Positions 1-486 of a DNA stretch of 486 nucleotides are shown piece after piece. Where the stretch lies: sequence record EF517056.1; one strand, given 5' to 3'. Position 1 is the first letter of the stretch. The number at the start of each line of letters is the position of its first letter. The notes below the pieces were generated by a model that was not told where the DNA came from, made no database searches, and was given only the letters and a program-made list of their open reading frames with translations. The translations under genes and the position numbers were made by a program. This stretch comes from a phage.

Positions 1-134
1 CTCGTAAAGAGGCCACACAGTCACGCGCTCTGGCGATTCGCTCCAACGAACTGGCTAACAGTGCATCCACTAAAGTTACCGAGGCTGCTCGTGTGGCAAA
101 CCAAGCTCAACAGCTTTCCAAATTCTTTGAGTAA
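1..134 (+). CDS. 4.3: 3' end of a small hypothetical protein, T7 gp4.3-like (5'-partial; last 43 codons plus stop)
   Basis: Frame 3 is open from the window start (first full codon at 3) to TAA at 132..134, reading RKEATQSRALAIRSNELANSASTKVTEAARVANQAQQLSKFFE*. Same strand as the downstream gene and 19 nt from its start, matching my recollection of the T7 gene 4.3 to 4.5 spacing. Identity rests on recalled T7 gene order, not a search. Not listed in the ORF track because it has no start codon in the window. Confidence 0.7.
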   Translation, partial: RKEATQSRALAIRSNELANSASTKVTEAARVANQAQQLSKFFE

Positions 135-140
135 TCAAAC

Positions 141-145
141 AGGAA
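141..145 (+). promoter_or_regulatory. Shine-Dalgarno ribosome-binding site for the downstream 89-aa gene
   Basis: AGGAA at 141..145 (core AGGA 141..144), 9 nt upstream of ATG at 154; purine-rich and correctly spaced for E. coli-type translation initiation. Confidence 0.65.
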
Positions 146-153
146 AAACCATT

Positions 154-423
154 ATGTCTAACGTAGCTGAAACTATCCGTCTATCCGATACAGCTGATCA
201 GTGGAACCGTCGAGTCCACATCAACGTTCGCAACGGTAAGGCGACTATGGTTTACCGCTGGAAGGACTCTAAGTCCTCTAAGAATCACACTCAGCGTATG
301 ACGTTGACAGATGAGCAAGCACTGCGTCTGATCAATGCGCTTACCAAAGCTGCCGTGACAGCAATTCATGAAGCTAGTCGCGTCAATGAAGCTATGACTA
401 TCCTCGACAAGATTGATAACTAA
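154..423 (+). CDS. 4.5: T7 gene 4.5 protein homolog (89 aa), small non-structural accessory protein
   Basis: ATG 154 to TAA 421..423 gives 89 aa: MSNVAETIRLSDTADQWNRRVHINVRNGKATMVYRWKDSKSSKNHTQRMTLTDEQALRLINALTKAAVTAIHEASRVNEAMTILDKIDN. Good SD 9 nt upstream. I recognise this protein as T7 gp4.5 (89 aa) from memory; length and flanking layout agree. The ORF-track version (61..423) begins at an in-frame GTG that overlaps the upstream gene and has no SD, so ATG 154 is the better start. Confidence 0.9.
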   Translation: MSNVAETIRLSDTADQWNRRVHINVRNGKATMVYRWKDSKSSKNHTQRMTLTDEQALRLINALTKAAVTAIHEASRVNEAMTILDKIDN

Positions 424-436
424 GAGTGATATCCTC

Positions 437-459
437 AAGGTCGCCAAAGTGGTGGCCTT
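437..459 (+). other. RNA stem-loop in the gene 4.5 to promoter spacer; candidate RNase III processing site (T7 R4.7 position)
   Basis: AAGGUCGCCA (437..446) pairs with UGGUGGCCUU (450..459) around an AAG loop (447..449): 10 bp including two G-U wobbles (441-455, 443-453). It lies 14 nt after the gp4.5 stop and just before the promoter, where T7 has RNase III site R4.7 by my recollection. No U-tract follows, so it is not a typical intrinsic terminator. Confidence 0.45.
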
Positions 460-467
460 CATGAATA

Positions 468-486
468 CTATTCGACTCACTATAAG
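468..486 (+). promoter_or_regulatory. T7-RNA-polymerase-type promoter, phi4.7-like class II promoter, 3'-truncated by the window end
   Basis: CGACTCACTATA at 473..484 is identical to positions -12..-1 of the T7 consensus TAATACGACTCACTATAGGGAGA. The upstream specificity region reads CTATT (468..472) instead of TAATA, and the predicted +1 (485) is A followed by G. Position corresponds to T7 phi4.7 by recalled genome layout. Only 2 nt past -1 are visible. Confidence 0.85.

Noticed and set aside
61-153. N-terminal extension of the gp4.5 ORF from GTG at 61, as given in the ORF track (120 aa)
   Set aside because: The extension overlaps the 3' end of the upstream gene in another frame, has no SD before the GTG, and translates to an implausible leader. 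ATG 154 has a properly spaced SD and gives the 89-aa length I recall for gp4.5.
437-459. Hairpin as a rho-independent (intrinsic) terminator
   Set aside because: The stem is followed by CAUGAAUAC, not a U-tract, and has G-U wobbles where a terminator would typically have G-C pairs. The promoter immediately downstream and the T7 precedent favour an RNA-processing site. It is also not the T7-RNAP Tphi-type terminator, which lies elsewhere in the genome.
181-480. 99-aa ORF on the minus strand (MSRIVFMKATTLATL...)
   Set aside because: It lies entirely antisense to the well-supported gp4.5 CDS and runs into the RNA hairpin and promoter. It has no SD upstream of its ATG, and T7-like phages transcribe all genes from one strand. 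It is best explained as a chance open frame opposite a real gene.
461-486. ATG at 461..463 as the start of the next gene
   Set aside because: There is no SD upstream and the reading frame runs straight through the promoter core. In T7-like genomes the next gene (4.7) starts downstream of the promoter, beyond this window.
1-486. Novel defence or other undescribed system, CRISPR array, tRNA or mobile element
   Set aside because: No direct-repeat arrays, tRNA-like cloverleaf candidates, terminal inverted repeats or integrase-like coding were seen. Every element is accounted for by the conserved T7-like gene 4.3, 4.5 and phi4.7 arrangement.

Overview
This window reads as a compact, single-strand (+) piece of a T7-like podovirus genome, from the class II (DNA metabolism) region between the primase/helicase gene and the DNA polymerase gene. 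It contains the 3' end of a small gene matching T7 gene 4.3 (1..134), a 19-nt spacer with a Shine-Dalgarno site, a complete 89-codon gene matching T7 gene 4.5 (154..423), an RNA hairpin at 437..459 where T7 has RNase III site R4.7, and the first part of a T7-RNA-polymerase-type promoter (468..486, cut by the window end) where T7 has phi4.7. All identifications are from memory of T7 and from reading the sequence; no search was run. I see no CRISPR, tRNA, mobile element or other sign of a novel multi-gene system. The points worth follow-up are the small accessory protein gp4.5 (recalled as a host Lon protease inhibitor), the uncharacterised gp4.3-like tail, and the RNA-only hairpin next to a promoter that would start on A.
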